The translations under genes and the position numbers were made by a program. Shown piece by piece: positions 9,056-11,488 of a stretch of DNA of 11,488 bases (the first letter of the stretch is position 1; each line of letters starts with the position of its first letter). Below the pieces are notes generated by a model, which saw only the letters and a program-made list of their open reading frames with translations, was not told the DNA's origin and ran no database searches. The stretch covers positions 1 through 11,488 of the forward strand of contig JBBDTI010000039.1 of assembly GCA_040904565.1 (NCBI GenBank), written 5' to 3'. The stretch is from Rhodothermales bacterium. Lineage in GTDB: Bacteria > Bacteroidota > Rhodothermia > Rhodothermales > VXPQ01.

Positions 9056-10030
9056 TCAGCCGGCCGGATCCGGGAAGCTGACCGTAAACGTAGACCCTTC
9101 GCCCAGGGTGCTGCAGGCATGGATGCGGCCGTCCATTAGCTCTACGAGCGACCGGGTCATCGCCAGTCCGAGGCCGGTTCCCCGCTCTCCACGTGCGCCT
9201 CGTCTCTCTCGCTCGAAGGGTGCAAAAAGCCGCGGAATGAAGGCGGTGTCCATTCCGCGCCCCGTATCCGCAACGTACAGCCAGATCCGGCCGTCGCGTC
9301 GTTCCACGTCCATCTCGACGCGCCCCTCGTCCGTATACTTGATGGCGTTATCGATGAGATTGTGCAGTATGCGATCCAGAAACAGCGGGTGCAGCTGCGC
9401 GGTCATTTCGTCGACGTCCGGAGCGAAGACCAGCTCGATATCCTTTCGTTCCGCATCACGGCGGAGGATCTCGACGCGGTCGCGGACGTGCCGAACGATA
9501 TCGACCTCAACGAGCTCGATCTCTTTCTCACCAAACTCTATCCGCGCGAGATCGATGACGCCGTTCAGCGTATCGATCAGATGCCTTCCGCTAGCCGTGA
9601 TGATCTTCGTCATCTCCAGATCCTCGTCATCGACGCGATCCCCGAGCATTTCGGCGAAGCCGACCATGCTCGCTACGGCGGAGCGGATCTCGTGGCTCAG
9701 CTTGGCCAGAAAGCTCGCACGATCGCGATCGGCCTGCTCCGCATCGCGAAGATATTCCATCGTCACGTCCACGAGGAGGACCACGCGGCCGCTGCCGGTA
9801 TCGGCGCCGCTGCCGCCGTCGAGAACGAGAAATCGCCGCTCTCCGACCGATATGCTGCGACGACCGCCTATCGCGTCCGGCCACGCCGGTATGAGGTCTA
9901 CGATCCGGCGCCCTCGAAGCACCTCGCCGGCGGATCCAAGCACGTCGGTCGCCCGCTCGTTTGCGTCGAGGACGACATCGTCCTCGACCACCAGAGCCGG
10001 TGCGGGAAGGGAATCCAGCTTTACGTTCAT
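9056..10030 (-). CDS. Cytoplasmic PAS-domain sensor histidine kinase (PAS-HisKA-HATPase_c)
   Basis: 324 aa. PAS-like N-terminus (LDSLPAPALVVEDD..DANERATDVLG..GRRIVDLIP..VVLLVDVT), H-box FLAKLSHEIRS (His113), N-box ILHNLIDNAIKYT, G1 VADTGRGM, F-box LFAPF and G2 GTGLGLAM. No obvious transmembrane helix or receiver domain. Confidence 0.93.
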   Translation of the reverse strand: MNVKLDSLPAPALVVEDDVVLDANERATDVLGSAGEVLRGRRIVDLIPAWPDAIGGRRSISVGERRFLVLDGGSGADTGSGRVVLLVDVTMEYLRDAEQADRDRASFLAKLSHEIRSAVASMVGFAEMLGDRVDDEDLEMTKIITASGRHLIDTLNGVIDLARIEFGEKEIELVEVDIVRHVRDRVEILRRDAERKDIELVFAPDVDEMTAQLHPLFLDRILHNLIDNAIKYTDEGRVEMDVERRDGRIWLYVADTGRGMDTAFIPRLFAPFERERRGARGERGTGLGLAMTRSLVELMDGRIHACSTLGEGSTFTVSFPDPAG

Positions 10031-10082
10031 ACCGCACTCAATCGATCAGGACACATCGGCGGGAATAGGCGTCGCAACGGTT

Positions 10083-10288
10083 GATCCGGTTCAGGAGCTA
10101 GACGGCGCAAGCGGTTCGAAAGCAACATTCAAATTGGCCACGCGACTAAAGATCGACCGCTTCCCGTCGATACACAGATCGACGCTGCAAACGAGCGTTA
10201 TGACATTCACGTGCGGGTGAGCCGCCCGATCCTGCGCGTGAACCGGCCCCGCGACTGCGCTTCGGCGCCGTTGCGGGGCTATTTTTTT
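10083..10288 (+). ncRNA. Candidate structured non-coding RNA, possibly 6S RNA; 5' end approximate
   Basis: End-to-end pairing CCGGTTCA (10086-10093)/TGAACCGG (10239-10246), several internal stems whose G-U wobbles work only on the plus strand, an A-rich unpaired segment (10119-10136), and a plus-strand intrinsic terminator although both flanking genes are on the minus strand. Confidence 0.55.
10246..10288 (+). terminator. Rho-independent terminator oriented for a plus-strand transcript; may also serve yjbQ
   Basis: GCCCCGCGAC-T-GCGC-TTCG-GCGC-C-GTTGCGGGGC forms a 14-bp stem with a C(UUCG)G tetraloop, followed by TATTTTTTT (10280-10288). Confidence 0.85.
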
Positions 10289-10727
10289 AAACCCCGCTCC
10301 CCTTCGTCCGCCCGAACAGCGTGGCAAACACGTTTCGACGGCCCCCTCTATTTCTGTGCTCGCACAGGTATACGCCCTGCCACGTCCCCAGCGCCAGACG
10401 ACCGTCGTGGATGGGAATCAGAAGTCCGCTCCCGAACAGGGACGCCTTCACGTGAGCGGGCATATCGTCGGATCCTTCAATGGTATGCGTCCAATACGGA
10501 GCGTCTTCCGGGACCATCTGGTTGACGTGCGTTTCAAAATCCGACCGTACGGACGGACTCGCATTCTCATTCAGTGTGAGTCCGGCAGACGTATGCTGGA
10601 TAAACAGGTGCAGGAAGCCGGAAACGTACCGGCGCACGTCGGACAGCTCGCGGAGAATCTCGTCCGTTACGAGGTGGAACCCACGCGGGCGCTCCGGGAG
10701 CGTTATCTGTTTCTGCGTCCATTCCAT
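10287..10727 (-). CDS. yjbQ: YjbQ/UPF0047 family protein (annotated as secondary thiamine-phosphate synthase)
   Basis: 146 aa from ATG 10727 (MEWTQKQITLPERPRGFHLVTDEI) with HTSAGLTLNENASPSV, HTIEGSDDMPAHVKASLFG and LGTWQGVYLCEHR. The track's 10904 start overlaps queE, so I rejected it. Confidence 0.94.
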   Translation of the reverse strand: MEWTQKQITLPERPRGFHLVTDEILRELSDVRRYVSGFLHLFIQHTSAGLTLNENASPSVRSDFETHVNQMVPEDAPYWTHTIEGSDDMPAHVKASLFGSGLLIPIHDGRLALGTWQGVYLCEHRNRGGRRNVFATLFGRTKGSGV

Positions 10728-10737
10728 AACATACGTG

Positions 10738-11370
10738 CTAAGGTATTCCGAGCAGTTTATGGGTTTGAAGCGAGAGTCGCCACGTGGGATGCTCCAGACA
10801 GTAGGCAACCGCCCGGCGCGTATGGTCATGGACCTGCGGGCCGTCCATTGGCTGGAGGAAATAGTGCTCGAAGGGAAGCCCCTCGAACAGCTCCGGAAGG
10901 GCATCGGGCTGCGGATAGACCAGTTTGAGCTCGTGCCCTCGCTTCAGCACGAGATCGGCTCCCGCCTTCGGACTTACGCAGATCCAATCGATCCCTTCCG
11001 GCGGCGCCTTCGTGCCGTTTGTCTCGACGGCCACTTCGAAATCTCGACCGTGCAGTGCATCGACCAGCGGGCCGTCGAGCTGAAGCAGCGGCTCCCCGCC
11101 CGTACACACGACGTACCGGCCGGCCGCCCCCTCCGGCCATCGCCTCGACACGGCGTCGGCGAGCGATTCGGCCGTCGTAAAGCTACCGCCGCCCGGACCG
11201 TCCGTGCCCACGAAGTCCGTATCGCAGAACTGGCAGACGGCTTTTGCTCGATCCTCTTCTCGTCCCGTCCACAGGTTGCACCCGGTGAATCGGAGAAAGA
11301 CGGCCGGGCGCCCCGTACGGGCTCCTTCCCCCTGAATCGTGTAGTATATTTCCTTTACGCTGTAAGCCAT
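10738..11370 (-). CDS. queE: 7-carboxy-7-deazaguanine synthase QueE (radical SAM), short CX14CX2C type
   Basis: 210 aa with KEIYYTIQGEG, PAVFLRFTGC, C31-X14-C46-QF-C49-DTDF, VCTGGEPLLQ, VETNGT, WICVSPK, FLQP and WRLSLQTHK. Confidence 0.96.
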   Translation of the reverse strand: MAYSVKEIYYTIQGEGARTGRPAVFLRFTGCNLWTGREEDRAKAVCQFCDTDFVGTDGPGGGSFTTAESLADAVSRRWPEGAAGRYVVCTGGEPLLQLDGPLVDALHGRDFEVAVETNGTKAPPEGIDWICVSPKAGADLVLKRGHELKLVYPQPDALPELFEGLPFEHYFLQPMDGPQVHDHTRRAVAYCLEHPTWRLSLQTHKLLGIP

Positions 11371-11437
11371 TCAGCTCGATGCCCCGGTGCGATCGGGGTA
11401 TTGACCAATCGTTACGTGATTCGTGTTGCGGCAGTCT

Positions 11438-11473
11438 GTCCCGCGGGCGTACATAGTCCCGCGGGCGTACATA
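11438..11473. repeat. Perfect 2 x 18-bp tandem repeat
   Basis: GTCCCGCGGGCGTACATA at 11438-11455 and 11456-11473. Each unit contains the palindrome CCCGCGGG. Confidence 0.9.
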
Positions 11474-11488
11474 CAATCAGTGCAGAGA

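Noticed and set aside
9048-10220. 390-aa and 240-aa plus-strand ORFs as the transcript served by the 10246-10288 terminator
   Set aside because: Antisense shadows of the histidine kinase with no domains (the 390-aa ORF is Ser/Arg-rich). A long antisense transcript cannot be fully excluded without RNA data.
10091-10327. 78-aa minus-strand ORF as a missing response regulator
   Set aside because: No receiver motifs, overlaps yjbQ and runs through the terminator hairpin.
10738-11370. queE as part of a 7-deazaguanine DNA-modification (dpd) or other defence island
   Set aside because: No dpdA/tgt-like, queC-like, helicase or nuclease genes and no mobility signs in the window. Housekeeping queuosine synthesis is the simpler explanation.
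11371-11488. PreQ1 riboswitch upstream of queE
   Set aside because: No class I-like stem-loop with an A-rich 3' tail is visible on the minus strand within the window.
1-11488. CRISPR array, IS/transposase, integrase, tRNA or rRNA
   Set aside because: No regularly spaced repeat-spacer units, recombinase motifs or cloverleaf seen. The repeats found have only two or three copies.

Overview
GC-rich bacterial window (roughly 60-65% GC by eye). Most start codons lack Shine-Dalgarno motifs, which suggests a Bacteroidota/Rhodothermota-like host; this is inference only. The left 9 kb is an alpha-glucan/trehalose locus: a partial glgX on the minus strand (missed by the ORF track because it runs off the edge), divergent from a glgE, treS-maltokinase fusion, glgB operon that forms a complete GlgE pathway. 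To the right, on the minus strand, are an orphan cytoplasmic PAS histidine kinase, a yjbQ (UPF0047) gene and a short queE with the CX14CX2C motif. The proteins belong to known families, and I cannot support a new multi-gene system here. The most interesting unexplained signals are non-coding. The strongest is a candidate ~200-nt plus-strand structured RNA (6S-like) at ~10083-10288 with its own intrinsic terminator. Others are a structured, terminator-like leader upstream of glgE and an in-frame duplication of the glgB 3' end. All folds were found by eye and have not been computed.
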